Origin: a virus
Length of the DNA stretch: 61,191 nucleotides
IMG/VR virus record: IMGVR_UViG_3300033150_001094
Location: 1 to 61,191 of that record
Direction: 5' to 3' (one strand)
Shown here piece after piece: positions 21,801 through 30,077 of the stretch (positions within the stretch are counted from its first letter, which is position 1; each line of letters opens with the position of its first letter). The translations under genes were made by a program, and so were the position numbers. The notes beneath the pieces were generated by a model. It was given only the letters and a program-made list of their open reading frames with translations, had not been told where the DNA came from and did no database searches.

Positions 21801-23554
21801 ATGCCTGAATTGCTCATAGCTTGGCGCAGGGCGGCCGTGGGCTCACGCAAGGTGTTGTTCAGGTAATTCTCTACCCTCCACAACAAGTCAGCCACGTCGC
21901 CAGCATGTTCCGTCGTTTCCGGCACCCCCATGAGAAATTCGCCCATCTTGCGGGCAAACTTCATGGTGTCTTCACTTCCTCGCTTGTACGTTTCGCCAAC
22001 CGTGCGTACTAGCTCGTCGTATGTCTTGACCAGCTCAGGATGGTTGGCTGCCTGGGCACGTGCTCGGAGCCCTTCGTAGGTGCCCCTTAGACTACCGAGC
22101 AATTCCGACGCGACGTATTGAGTGTCCAGCAGCAAATAGTTGAGCCGCATCATTGCGTCGGCAGCGTACTGCCGGGCAGCCGACTCCATTGGGTTGGCCG
22201 CCGAGCCAGTGGTCCAGTGGAAGAAGCTCAACAGCCCGGACGTGACACGGTTATTTACCAGCCATTCGGCCAACTGTTGTGCTCGCTCACCAGTTCCCAA
22301 CTCAACCAACGCCTCGTGTTGCGGCACAATGGTCGTCCAGGGCCACGCAGTCCTGAAAGCCAACAGGGCACGGCCTCTTTCACCAGTCCACTCTTCAACT
22401 TTGCCCATCGGGGAAACAGGTGCCAGTTCCGCCGCCTCTCTTGTAGCAAGTCCTGGTTGACGCCCAATGTTTCGCAACAGCGATTCAACCTGCGTCCGCA
22501 CCCCGCCACCGATTGATTCCAGCAGAAACTGGTGCGGTTTGGACGCAAACTCTGATTGAGCGACCTGAGTCGCCACCTGGCTCAAGTCACCATTGACGTG
22601 GGGCTTTTCGAGCGTTCTCAAGTACCTGTTCACGTGGGCCGCCAGCTCAGCTACGTCGCTGCCGCCAAAGTCGCTCATGCCGGTCACATCGGCGATCCCG
22701 ACCTTCTTGAGTGCTTCCCGGCCCAGCCTCGCTGCATCATCCCACTGCTCGGCCGCAATCTTGCCAAGCATCTCCTTGCCAACAGACTCGAACGCCCTAG
22801 CGTCTGCCAGTGCTACTGTCAGCGCACCTGCGGCACGGGCCGTCCGTCCGCTGATCCCCCCCAACTTTTCCGCGCCTTGCAAGATTCTCAGTGCCCGGTT
22901 AGACGGCCCAGCAATCACCGGCAACCCCGGCGGAACGGCGAATATCTCGACGCCCAGCCCCAAGATGTCGTATATCGCATCGTAGGGGTCCGCCAGCACG
23001 TGGAATCCGGGCTTGTTTTTTGGTGCGCCCCACTTTTCCAACACTTCACGGCCCGTGATGTGACGCTCGGGCACCTTCCACGGGAAAGTTGCCTCCCAGA
23101 ATCCCTTCAAATAGCTCTCCGAGAACGGCAGCAACACCATCAAGTGCTCTGGCTCGCGGGCCAAGATTCCACGGAAGGCCGCAAACGGTTTGTCGATCAC
23201 GTTGCCGATCACATACAACGCGCTCACCGCAGAACGGCCGACCGCCGCCAAAGCTCTTGACAGGTGTTCGTCTTCCCTGGCGGCACCCGCCAACGGCGAG
23301 TTTTGCTTCCGCAACAGCTCAGTCAGTTCCGCGTGAGGCTGAACCAGCGGCTCATAGCCCCCCAGTTGCATGGCCTGTTCGTAAATGGTGGGGGCTTTGT
23401 TGCTCGCCAGGTATGGCGTGAAGTCAGCGTATGGCGCCATGTCGGGGACTCGCGGCGCAATGGCGCGAAAGATTTGCTCTTTCTGCTCACGCGGCAAGAG
23501 CGCAAGCACCTGGTCATTGCCCAGCAAGTCTTGCAAGTCAAAAGGTAGTGTCAT
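18839..23554 (-). CDS. 1571-aa virion protein candidate (internal/ejection-type by position)
   Basis: This is the longest ORF and the last gene of the virion block. It is preceded by small membrane proteins and A/G/Q/M-rich proteins. I saw no polymerase, transglycosylase or peptidase motif. Confidence 0.7.
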   Translation of the reverse strand: MTLPFDLQDLLGNDQVLALLPREQKEQIFRAIAPRVPDMAPYADFTPYLASNKAPTIYEQAMQLGGYEPLVQPHAELTELLRKQNSPLAGAAREDEHLSRALAAVGRSAVSALYVIGNVIDKPFAAFRGILAREPEHLMVLLPFSESYLKGFWEATFPWKVPERHITGREVLEKWGAPKNKPGFHVLADPYDAIYDILGLGVEIFAVPPGLPVIAGPSNRALRILQGAEKLGGISGRTARAAGALTVALADARAFESVGKEMLGKIAAEQWDDAARLGREALKKVGIADVTGMSDFGGSDVAELAAHVNRYLRTLEKPHVNGDLSQVATQVAQSEFASKPHQFLLESIGGGVRTQVESLLRNIGRQPGLATREAAELAPVSPMGKVEEWTGERGRALLAFRTAWPWTTIVPQHEALVELGTGERAQQLAEWLVNNRVTSGLLSFFHWTTGSAANPMESAARQYAADAMMRLNYLLLDTQYVASELLGSLRGTYEGLRARAQAANHPELVKTYDELVRTVGETYKRGSEDTMKFARKMGEFLMGVPETTEHAGDVADLLWRVENYLNNTLREPTAALRQAMSNSGIKVPELLDAFLSRYMPRFKVLEERYAPTLWPVMRGQKIRLPTVAVNQIARDPVLTRPAVKDAYPEITRAGWLFEANGERTWWTPGTAVTLDVGEKGISGYVMGMDDEGTYYLGRTVGENTELIRLPAVNPTEVRFPASPLEEAGPIPRLPERLQKDAVDKYFLYRVGEEAYDNLAIDIRRRRLTQEGKRSLYAFDRYLVEWLRSPAPAWQRNVWLLSAPLPDWYIKRFLTKRLAGRDELVRHLAAFNHEQERKNFWRLLQSRSAEVPAEGKAWGITPEDWASFRRLTPNRLYGVSSLAEYLSRGGAVGVAIDYLKEHHSPGVLFRPEVMESYREMFHLGAAKLGLVFGVRRALAKTILPFNPQEASEVDVERFFSAHPAASGRIKRRVRKAVGLKRRIMQTWGIGRDEWVRLDEGMRRLRFGGSSMGGSFLRELTTDWWRTVEPVTSVPRGLEKRLYVPKEMITRMQKVLDFSEDRSVQYGLEKAIGKVMEVTRFMWTQPFPSFHVRNTTSATVMALMADAPYTPREFFKALGEFTSHLSKGTRPPYANEMEFYRAIQGASRATQAASQYYTIPQRLLPRGLLTRARQDVQKSVVSKVPALSGAATIAKAWAAAGEHAYRVVESTMRGAMYIAARRKGFTPAQAVELVWQVQYNYGRLSPLERRYGNIFMFYSWLRQNLGYMLPRLLLDWRSGPAQVTRAMHRLQAQQPELPEWMREMFAVPVPEGIAEHLGGEPGRQMVIRQWGLPMEDVGMFFLPTPAGGVPMAAMRTSLKMISRMHPLIPGTTRLLFGIEPYTGRPLEYTSGLYGQPTVDAMISMTPLARLASTLRTMLEIAGIDPGQGISRMVQDIGDLKLRVGPVVDLVTGIKTGYYDLEMQKLYDARDALQRILENARAARSGMYYYVPETWKATAAGQAAQQDIRALDALMDAIQKERVRRGYAQPRGKSKMVDQLIEAQLREMFNTPPERLSPTQQISRMIQELQSGAY

Positions 23555-23970
23555 TGCATTGTCTCGTAACCCGGCGGCGATACTACCGGAACCTGCGGTG
23601 CATACCAGTCTTCGATGTAATCCAACGCCCGCTCGAGTTCAGCCCTTTGCTGGTCAGTCAGCTCATTTGCAAATTGGGTCAGCAGTAGATAAACCGGGCG
23701 CGGGTCCATGCGGTTTACCGCTGTCTGCGTCGCCTCTGCCACTGCTTGATCCAGTTGATGTTGCCGCGGTTGACGAGGCGTCAGCAAGTTCATGGCGCCG
23801 TACATGCCTAGAGCGCCAAGTCCAGCGCCGCCAAGGGCACTCACCCAAGGGCGTTTCTTGGCAAACTCAGACATTCGTTGCCCGAGCTCTCGTGAAAGAA
23901 CTCGTGCCGTGCCTGCCGCGCCCGGTGGGGGCACGACTGGTGAAGAAATAGGTGTGAGCCGAATCGCCAT
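23551..23970 (-). CDS. membrane protein (139 aa)
   Basis: One TM segment (WVSALGGAGLGALGMYGAMNLL). ATGA overlap with the 1571-aa gene. Confidence 0.55.
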   Translation of the reverse strand: MAIRLTPISSPVVPPPGAAGTARVLSRELGQRMSEFAKKRPWVSALGGAGLGALGMYGAMNLLTPRQPRQHQLDQAVAEATQTAVNRMDPRPVYLLLTQFANELTDQQRAELERALDYIEDWYAPQVPVVSPPGYETMQ

Positions 23971-23973
23971 AGT

Positions 23974-24303
23974 TTACCTCCCAATCGCTCGGTTGTACGT
24001 CATGCTGGGGGGCAGTGCGCCCAACATGCCAGCCGTTCTGGACGGGTTGCGGAGCAGGAATTGCGCTGCAAGCGGCGAAATTCCGCCCCAAACGGACGGA
24101 GCCGCACGCATCAGCATGGCAATAGACGAACCCCGGGGGCGGTTGGCCATGTCTATAAGCGTACGGTACAACGCCAAACGGCGTTGCTTTTCCGCCTGGG
24201 CCGCTGCTTGCTGGGCCGCCTGGCGGCCCTGCCACCATGCCATACCGCCCTGCAACAGCGTTGGCAGCAGCAGCGACAAGGCAAGATACGCCGCAGTGCT
24301 CAT
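23974..24303 (-). CDS. membrane protein (109 aa)
   Basis: N-terminal TM segment (AAYLALSLLLPTLL) followed by a Q/A-rich helix. Confidence 0.5.
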   Translation of the reverse strand: MSTAAYLALSLLLPTLLQGGMAWWQGRQAAQQAAAQAEKQRRLALYRTLIDMANRPRGSSIAMLMRAAPSVWGGISPLAAQFLLRNPSRTAGMLGALPPSMTYNRAIGR

Positions 24304-24319
24304 ACTACACCTCCTTTCT

Positions 24320-24712
24320 TTAGTCTAACCCCATTAGCTGGCGTTGTATCTGCAAAAGCCTGTCGAACCTTTCTAGCTTTGCTTCTTCTTCTGCTATGCG
24401 CCCTCTGGTGGCAGATTCGGCCAGTCCTTGCGCAACCGCACCAAGAGTGCCACCAATGATCCACGGCAGCAAATCAGCACCCGCTGAACGTCGCTGTGCC
24501 GCAGACCTGGCCTGGGCCATCTCCTTCTTGATAGCATCATAGATAGGGCGAGTGCGTCTCCGCCGTCCAAGATCGCTCAGCCTTACCGTGTCCCTTTTCC
24601 CAAGGAAGCGATCAAAGGTTTTCCAGTCGTCTTCGTCCATCTCCATGTGCCACCCCTCGCCGCTCGCGATGTTCGTTACAACCGAGCTCTTCTTGTCCCG
24701 GTACGCCCGCAC
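24320..24712 (-). CDS. membrane protein (130 aa)
   Basis: TM segment LLPWIIGGTLGAVAQGL near the C-terminus. Confidence 0.5.
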   Translation of the reverse strand: MRAYRDKKSSVVTNIASGEGWHMEMDEDDWKTFDRFLGKRDTVRLSDLGRRRRTRPIYDAIKKEMAQARSAAQRRSAGADLLPWIIGGTLGAVAQGLAESATRGRIAEEEAKLERFDRLLQIQRQLMGLD

Positions 24713-24752
24713 GAAGATATTCTCGTCGCCAGGTTCGATTGCGAGTTCTTCT

Positions 24753-25418
24753 TCAATCAGCTTCCGGCCAGCCTCCGCCGTTCGGTACGAACCTGGGCCT
24801 CGCCTGGACTCGTACGGACGGAATCCAAGAACCTCCGCCGCCCTGCGGGGATTCCGGCCTTACGCCAATCCCGCGCTCGCCCCTTACTGCTGGTGGGCGT
24901 TCCATGCCACCACCCTTCGACTCGTCGCTTGGCGGCGGCAGTTGTGGCGGCACCCGTCCACCGGAGATCGCCTTTTTCGCCCGCGGCGTTTTTTTGCCTG
25001 GTGGCGGTGGTGCTGGCGGCACCCGCCCGGCGAGGGCCGCTTTTTTCTCCCGCGGCGTTTTTTTGCCCGGCGGCGGTGGTGCTGGCGGTACCCGCCCACT
25101 AAAAGCCGCATCCGGTCCAACGGTGGGCCTGGCAGCTGATTCGGTTCTCGCAAATTTGGTCTTTGGTTGCCTTTTGTACCTCCGCTTCAGCTCTCGCACG
25201 ATCACTTCCAGTACCGTTTTTGTGTCCAACGCCGTCCGTGGCACAAGAAGCTCCGCCTTCGGGTAATTCGCCGACCTGACCGCATCCGCCGAGATGTTGA
25301 GCTTTTTTACCTGCGGATTATCGGCGGTCCCGGTGATGGCATATACTTGCTCGTCTGGGGTGACGACGTACATTTCCTTGCCGACCTTATAAACGTCCAG
25401 TTTCACCTCATCGGCCAT
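24753..25418 (-). CDS. protein with Pro/Lys-rich 23-aa tandem repeats
   Basis: GRVPPAPPPPGKKTPREKKAALA, GRVPPAPPPPGKKTPRAKKAISG and a partial third unit. Confidence 0.6.
   Translation of the reverse strand: MADEVKLDVYKVGKEMYVVTPDEQVYAITGTADNPQVKKLNISADAVRSANYPKAELLVPRTALDTKTVLEVIVRELKRRYKRQPKTKFARTESAARPTVGPDAAFSGRVPPAPPPPGKKTPREKKAALAGRVPPAPPPPGKKTPRAKKAISGGRVPPQLPPPSDESKGGGMERPPAVRGERGIGVRPESPQGGGGSWIPSVRVQARPRFVPNGGGWPEAD
24946..25110. repeat. 69-bp tandem repeat, about 2.4 copies
   Basis: Units start at 24946, 25015 and 25084 (ggcggcacccg...ggtggtgct). Confidence 0.85.
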
Positions 25419-25421
25419 TGT

Positions 25422-26363
25422 TTACCTCCCACGAAAACGGGTAGCTGCCGCTCTCATTAGTCTCACCGCAACCGGCAACATCAAGGGCGACCGAGCCGTC
25501 ACGGCCTTCTCGAAAATTGCCGGTTGGGTTAACGCTTGTGTCGCCGCCAGTGTGCTGGCGGCTTTCGCTTCTTGTTGCGTAATTGCTTCCTCGGCCACGT
25601 ACCACGCAGGCCACCGTTTTGTCTTGTACGCAATTTCCAACTGCTTCGGCAACATCGTGGTTGCTCGTTGGAATATGGTGCTGGCCGGAATGTCTGTCTT
25701 GGCTATGTCACGCGTGGCCCTGCCCACAAGTTCCGTTACCTTCTCTTGTGCCCCAGGAGAACGTCCTATCTCGGCACCGTGCCGCAGCATCGCAATCCAC
25801 GCCAACGGTTCCAACCTACCAGTGCTGTAGTCCGCCAGAAGCGCCGTGGCGGCCTCACGTGACAATCGGCCAAGGGCCGCGCTAGCTTTGATCGCCGTTT
25901 CATAGTCTTTGCTCCAGATCGCCTCTACTTCCTTCCTGGCACTATCCACTTGCAACAGGTAGGTCTTTAGCCTCGCAAGTACATGCGCCGCCTGTATTAA
26001 ATCCGGCTGCTGGCCCTCACCCTTCGGCAGAATACGAGCAAGCTGCCGTACAACCTTCTCCTCGACCTCATCTGGCATCAACCCCTTCAAGTAAATCTGC
26101 TCCATTCGTCGCCGTGCCACGGCGGTCGGTTCGGCCACATAACCCGGCTTCGATGGTATCATATACGGTCCAAATCCCTCGATCCCGCCGCTCGCAAGGT
26201 ATTGTTCCAGGTACCCCGTCTTTTTCTCGAAGGCTTCTACGGCCCTCAAGAACGCCCGTTTGTCCTGAGCAGTGACGTACACCTTGCCCGCCATGCGAGG
26301 GTCTTTTTCGAGCATGTGGTGCCATCCGCAATAGCTTGTCCTGCGTTCTGCGCAGAGCACCAA
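25422..26363 (-). CDS. virion-block protein; true start uncertain (Met at 26315 or 26294) or fused to the upstream ORF
   Basis: ...MLEKDPRMAGKVYVTAQDKRAFL... The first ~20 codons look out of frame. Confidence 0.5.
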   Translation of the reverse strand: MVLCAERRTSYCGWHHMLEKDPRMAGKVYVTAQDKRAFLRAVEAFEKKTGYLEQYLASGGIEGFGPYMIPSKPGYVAEPTAVARRRMEQIYLKGLMPDEVEEKVVRQLARILPKGEGQQPDLIQAAHVLARLKTYLLQVDSARKEVEAIWSKDYETAIKASAALGRLSREAATALLADYSTGRLEPLAWIAMLRHGAEIGRSPGAQEKVTELVGRATRDIAKTDIPASTIFQRATTMLPKQLEIAYKTKRWPAWYVAEEAITQQEAKAASTLAATQALTQPAIFEKAVTARSPLMLPVAVRLMRAAATRFRGR

Positions 26364-27291
26364 CTGCGTCGAATGGTGTGCGATCTAGTTCCTTCGCCAA
26401 TATCCTCTGGATCGCCTTCATAGCAGGCAGCCGTTGTCGCGCTGTTTCGCCTCTGCGCTCCTTCCAGTAGCTGCCGCTGATTGTTTGCAGGAATCCCGCA
26501 ACCTCCCTGAGTGTCCGTGGATGACCGTACCTGGCACTGGAGATAATCTGGCTCAGCTCACGTTCCGCGGTGCGAGCAGTCTCGCCTCGCAGCGGCCTCT
26601 TGATTTCTCTGGTGACAGCGACCTGGGACGCACGAAATGGCTTGCCGACTTTTACGGGCTCTTTCCCGCCGCCTAGTCCTTCCCCGGCACCTTCTTCACC
26701 AGCTCGTTCAAGCTCTATGTCCCGGATGGCACCAGCCCCGCCAGCCAGCAGCCGCTCAAAACCCGATTGCTCTTGTCCAGCCTCTACGCCAGCGCCAATC
26801 CGTTTGCTCGACCGCCGAAACTTTATGGTGCCTCTGTCAACACCCTCGCGCACCAATCGCGTGATCTCGTTGATCTCGTCCCTGTATTCATCGCCACCAT
26901 GTTCAATCTGCCCCGACTGAAGCTTCTTGGCGAGACTAGTAATCCTTTGGCTGAGTTCTCGACTCAACGACACCGGGCGCCGCGTCAGCGTGCGGCCCGC
27001 GCTGGCGGATACTTCAACCTCTTGGCCATACAGCAAGTCGTTAACGTCTTCCTGGACACGCAGTCGCCACGCATCAATCTCTTCCTTTCGCCTCTGTTGT
27101 TCCGTCAGCTGGCGAGCCTGTTTGCTCGACTCACGGGCAATCTCACTAATCGACGGCTGGGCGCCCTCAATCCTTGCGCCGCGAACTGCCACGGACATTG
27201 CCCTTAACAGTTCGGCGGCAGAAGACGGCGGTTCGCCACCCTCACCACCCAACACTTCCAACCACAGGCGTTGCGACAGATAGCCCGCCAT
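26068..27291 (-). CDS. virion-block protein; last ~100 codons overlap the next ORF in another frame
   Basis: Good coding character up to ...AMKAIQRILAKELDRTPFDAVGAL. An Arg/Gly-rich tail follows down to 26068. Confidence 0.5.
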   Translation of the reverse strand: MAGYLSQRLWLEVLGGEGGEPPSSAAELLRAMSVAVRGARIEGAQPSISEIARESSKQARQLTEQQRRKEEIDAWRLRVQEDVNDLLYGQEVEVSASAGRTLTRRPVSLSRELSQRITSLAKKLQSGQIEHGGDEYRDEINEITRLVREGVDRGTIKFRRSSKRIGAGVEAGQEQSGFERLLAGGAGAIRDIELERAGEEGAGEGLGGGKEPVKVGKPFRASQVAVTREIKRPLRGETARTAERELSQIISSARYGHPRTLREVAGFLQTISGSYWKERRGETARQRLPAMKAIQRILAKELDRTPFDAVGALRRTQDKLLRMAPHARKRPSHGGQGVRHCSGQTGVLEGRRSLREKDGVPGTIPCERRDRGIWTVYDTIEAGLCGRTDRRGTATNGADLLEGVDAR

Positions 27292-27297
27292 CTCTCA

Positions 27298-28500
27298 TCA
27301 CTGCTTGCGCGATTGTGCCTCTGCCATCTTTTCCAAGGCGCGAATGTTCATCTGTTGGCCAGCAAAACCGCCTTTTTGCGACATGTACGCAAGAGCTGGC
27401 AGCATGGCCGCCGTGACATACTGCCCCAGCGCGGTAGGCAGCCCCATGAGCGCTTGCAGCACGCCCGGATATGCCATCAAGCCGGCACGTTCGATTTCGC
27501 CGGGTTGCAGCATCGCAGGCAGTGCCGCCGTCATTGCCGCTTGCCGCGTCGTTGCCATTGCTGGCGCTGTAGCCCGTTGTACCTCTGGATACGTGCTGGC
27601 AACCTGCCCAATCGTTCGCTGTCCTTCCTGCGCAATCTGTCCTAGAGCTTGCAGGTAATTGGCCTGCGCCATAGCCGACTCCGGCCCCGCCAGCATGGCA
27701 ATATCGCCAGGCGTGGCCTGTCCAGTTGCGACACGCATATAGATTGGCGCCAAGGCCGGGGAAATGTTGTTGGCTTTGAGGAAAACAGCCATCCGACGCT
27801 CATCTGGCGTGAGCGCGCCACCACCAGTCCCGGATGGCGCCTCTGTTATTCTCGCCGGCACCATCGGCCCCATTGCCCTCTGTTGGGCCGCCCCGGCCCT
27901 TTCGATTGCACCACTCATTGCGCCACGTGTTGCGGCAGCCTCGCCAGCCAACTCGCCCGCAAGAGCGCCCGCCTGTCCTTCCGCGAAAGACGCCATCTCT
28001 GCTGGTTCGAGATGGCGCGGTATGCGCGACCTGTACAGGTCAGCCATCTCCTGAACGCCGACAAGCCCCGATGGCGTGAGCTTCTCGGCGGGTTCAGCAT
28101 ACCACTTTGGTAGCCCAAACAGATTTCTTACGAAATCCAGGTAATCCTGGGGGCGCTGTTTAGGCGGAGCGATCTGGGGGCCTGCCGAGGGTTCTTGCTT
28201 CTGCGCTGGCCCCTGATGCTTTTGCAGCCATTTCTCGTATGCTTCTTTAGAAACTCCCCGTCTAGCAAGAGCACCACGAACGCCAAATTCTTCTACGGCT
28301 GATACTGGAACCTCCACCTGTCTCGTGCCGCTCACCGTAGGAATGTCGTGAAATGTTAGCGTCTCCTTATCAAGAAGGCCGGGGTCCGTCAATGCAACAG
28401 TAGGGTCAATTTCTTTGACCGCCTGCAATCTTTTGCTAAGCAGTGCCGACGGCATTTCGCCCAATGGCACTGACTCACCTGCTGGAAGATATCCGGGCAT
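27298..28500 (-). CDS. A/G/Q/M-rich internal-protein-like protein (400 aa)
   Basis: The composition (AGALAGELAGEAAATRGAMSGAIERAGAAQQRAMG...) is typical of podovirus ejection proteins. This is inference only. Confidence 0.5.
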   Translation of the reverse strand: MPGYLPAGESVPLGEMPSALLSKRLQAVKEIDPTVALTDPGLLDKETLTFHDIPTVSGTRQVEVPVSAVEEFGVRGALARRGVSKEAYEKWLQKHQGPAQKQEPSAGPQIAPPKQRPQDYLDFVRNLFGLPKWYAEPAEKLTPSGLVGVQEMADLYRSRIPRHLEPAEMASFAEGQAGALAGELAGEAAATRGAMSGAIERAGAAQQRAMGPMVPARITEAPSGTGGGALTPDERRMAVFLKANNISPALAPIYMRVATGQATPGDIAMLAGPESAMAQANYLQALGQIAQEGQRTIGQVASTYPEVQRATAPAMATTRQAAMTAALPAMLQPGEIERAGLMAYPGVLQALMGLPTALGQYVTAAMLPALAYMSQKGGFAGQQMNIRALEKMAEAQSRKQ

Positions 28501-28502
28501 CT

Positions 28503-28775
28503 TTATTCACCTCGACAATAGAGTAACACCATCACCACCGGCCACGCAGCCAGTCGCCAAAGCTGCGGCGGACCACCCCACCGTTCAGCGGCAGACCAGG
28601 CAAGCCAGTCAACTATCACACGCTTGTGCTTCCGGCACCCAGCAACCCCCCAGCGATCCATTCGCCGAGCACGCCTCTTGCATTTGCATGTTGGCGCCGT
28701 TCGGACGCCAAAACGTTCCAGCGCCTCAGAAAGCGCCGTGCCTGGTCCGGTTCGAGAATGACGCCCTACGTCCAC
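28503..28775 (-). CDS. small Cys-containing protein with C-terminal TM (90 aa)
   Basis: LERFGVRTAPTCKCKRRARRMDRWGVAGC...AAWPVVMVLLY. Confidence 0.45.
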   Translation of the reverse strand: MDVGRHSRTGPGTALSEALERFGVRTAPTCKCKRRARRMDRWGVAGCRKHKRVIVDWLAWSAAERWGGPPQLWRLAAWPVVMVLLYCRGE

Positions 28776-29155
28776 TGTGAGACAGAAGGTTTCGCTACTT
28801 CTATTGTAAACTCCGCGATGTGCGTTTGCACTGGACTCCCCGTGTCATTTCCCTTCACGGCTACCTTTCGGGTATTCCCCTCGCCAGTGTCGATGCTCGT
28901 GAGAGTCAAAGTAAACAGGATCGCCCGCCCCGGCCCTGTTTCAACGCCCGCGATCGTCATGGTGCTGCTGTTGGTCTGGACGTCACCCACGGTAAAGTTG
29001 TCGTTCCCCAGCGACTCGACGCCGGCCTGCACAGTGGCATCGTCAAGTGTTACGCCTTCCTCAAGCCGATTCTCGAATGTTACGGCGATCAGGCGTTTTT
29101 CGCCTTCGTAAAGCAGAGGCAGGGTGTCTTGGTACTTTGTTACGTCCAGGCTCAT
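28766..29155 (-). CDS. hypothetical beta-rich protein (129 aa)
   Basis: Composition looks Ig-like. Located in the virion block. Confidence 0.5.
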   Translation of the reverse strand: MSLDVTKYQDTLPLLYEGEKRLIAVTFENRLEEGVTLDDATVQAGVESLGNDNFTVGDVQTNSSTMTIAGVETGPGRAILFTLTLTSIDTGEGNTRKVAVKGNDTGSPVQTHIAEFTIEVAKPSVSQWT

Positions 29156-29337
29156 GCCTCAAACTCCGCGGGTTCGGTGTCAAACTCAACCGACTCCTCG
29201 GCCTCACATTGTATCACAGAGTTGGTGCCGGTGGAGCGTGCCACCAGGTCCACTCTCTCCCCCGTCGGCGGGGCGTCGGCGCCAGTCGTGAAAGGCAGCC
29301 ACAGGCATGTCTCGGTCGCCACTTGTCCCAGCATCAT
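29152..29337 (-). CDS. hypothetical small acidic protein (61 aa)
   Basis: Bridges two genes with overlapping stop and start codons. Confidence 0.35.
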   Translation of the reverse strand: MMLGQVATETCLWLPFTTGADAPPTGERVDLVARSTGTNSVIQCEAEESVEFDTEPAEFEA

Positions 29338-30077
29338 GTCGCTTTCCCCAGCACTTCGGTTCCGTCGCTCGTGACATAAACATCCTGACTGGTAAGGACG
29401 GTTTCCTCGTCGTCATCATACACGATCAGCAAGTCGCCTTTCTTGGCAGGCCCAAAGAATCGCTGGTAAAGTTGGGCAATGGCCTCTTTGTAAGTAGTGG
29501 CCCGTCCCTGCGGCTTAGTCATCGTGTCCGACAGGATGGCACTGATGGCCGCGTCAAGGTTGCTCAAGTTGTCCAGCAATGCGGCCCTTGCTTCAGTGTA
29601 ATGGGCCGCCTGCGCGCAACCGCTCACGTAGGCATTCAGCTTAGGAATGTTCGCCTCTACGTTATCGGCTGCGGCCTCGCTCTCGGAAATTGCTCCGACA
29701 TTGACTTGCTGAACGTTGATCTGTTCCACGGCTATGTCCACCGCCGTGTCATTGGCGTTGTCGCTGGTCAACAGCAGCTCCAAACTGTCCCCCGAAATGT
29801 ATAGCACGTCCCGCAAGTCAACCACCAAAGTGGTGTCGCCAGGCTGATAGGTCACGCTTTCCGACGGCCCGTAGTAAGCAACCGAGTTCCGCGTCACTTT
29901 CCACCTCGCCGTAATTGTGCCGCCGCCGGAATCAAGGCCGCTTAACACCAACTGGTGGTGCAATAGGGCGTGTGTGCCGTTTGGCGCGTAATCGCCAAGG
30001 CCGCTCGGCGTAACACCGAAGCTGTACTCGCTGGTAAGATTCGCGGCCGATTGTGTAAAAGAGGATCGCTTATACAT
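29334..30077 (-). CDS. hypothetical virion protein (247 aa)
   Basis: Lies immediately downstream of the beta-helix genes on the minus strand. Confidence 0.5.
   Translation of the reverse strand: MYKRSSFTQSAANLTSEYSFGVTPSGLGDYAPNGTHALLHHQLVLSGLDSGGGTITARWKVTRNSVAYYGPSESVTYQPGDTTLVVDLRDVLYISGDSLELLLTSDNANDTAVDIAVEQINVQQVNVGAISESEAAADNVEANIPKLNAYVSGCAQAAHYTEARAALLDNLSNLDAAISAILSDTMTKPQGRATTYKEAIAQLYQRFFGPAKKGDLLIVYDDDEETVLTSQDVYVTSDGTEVLGKAT

Noticed and set aside
18839-23554. The 1571-aa ORF as a tape-measure protein or virion RNA polymerase.
   Set aside because: It is not flanked by tail-tube or chaperone genes, and it lacks the uniform helical, repeat-rich character of tape measures. No polymerase catalytic motif could be found. 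It is kept only as a hypothesis to test.
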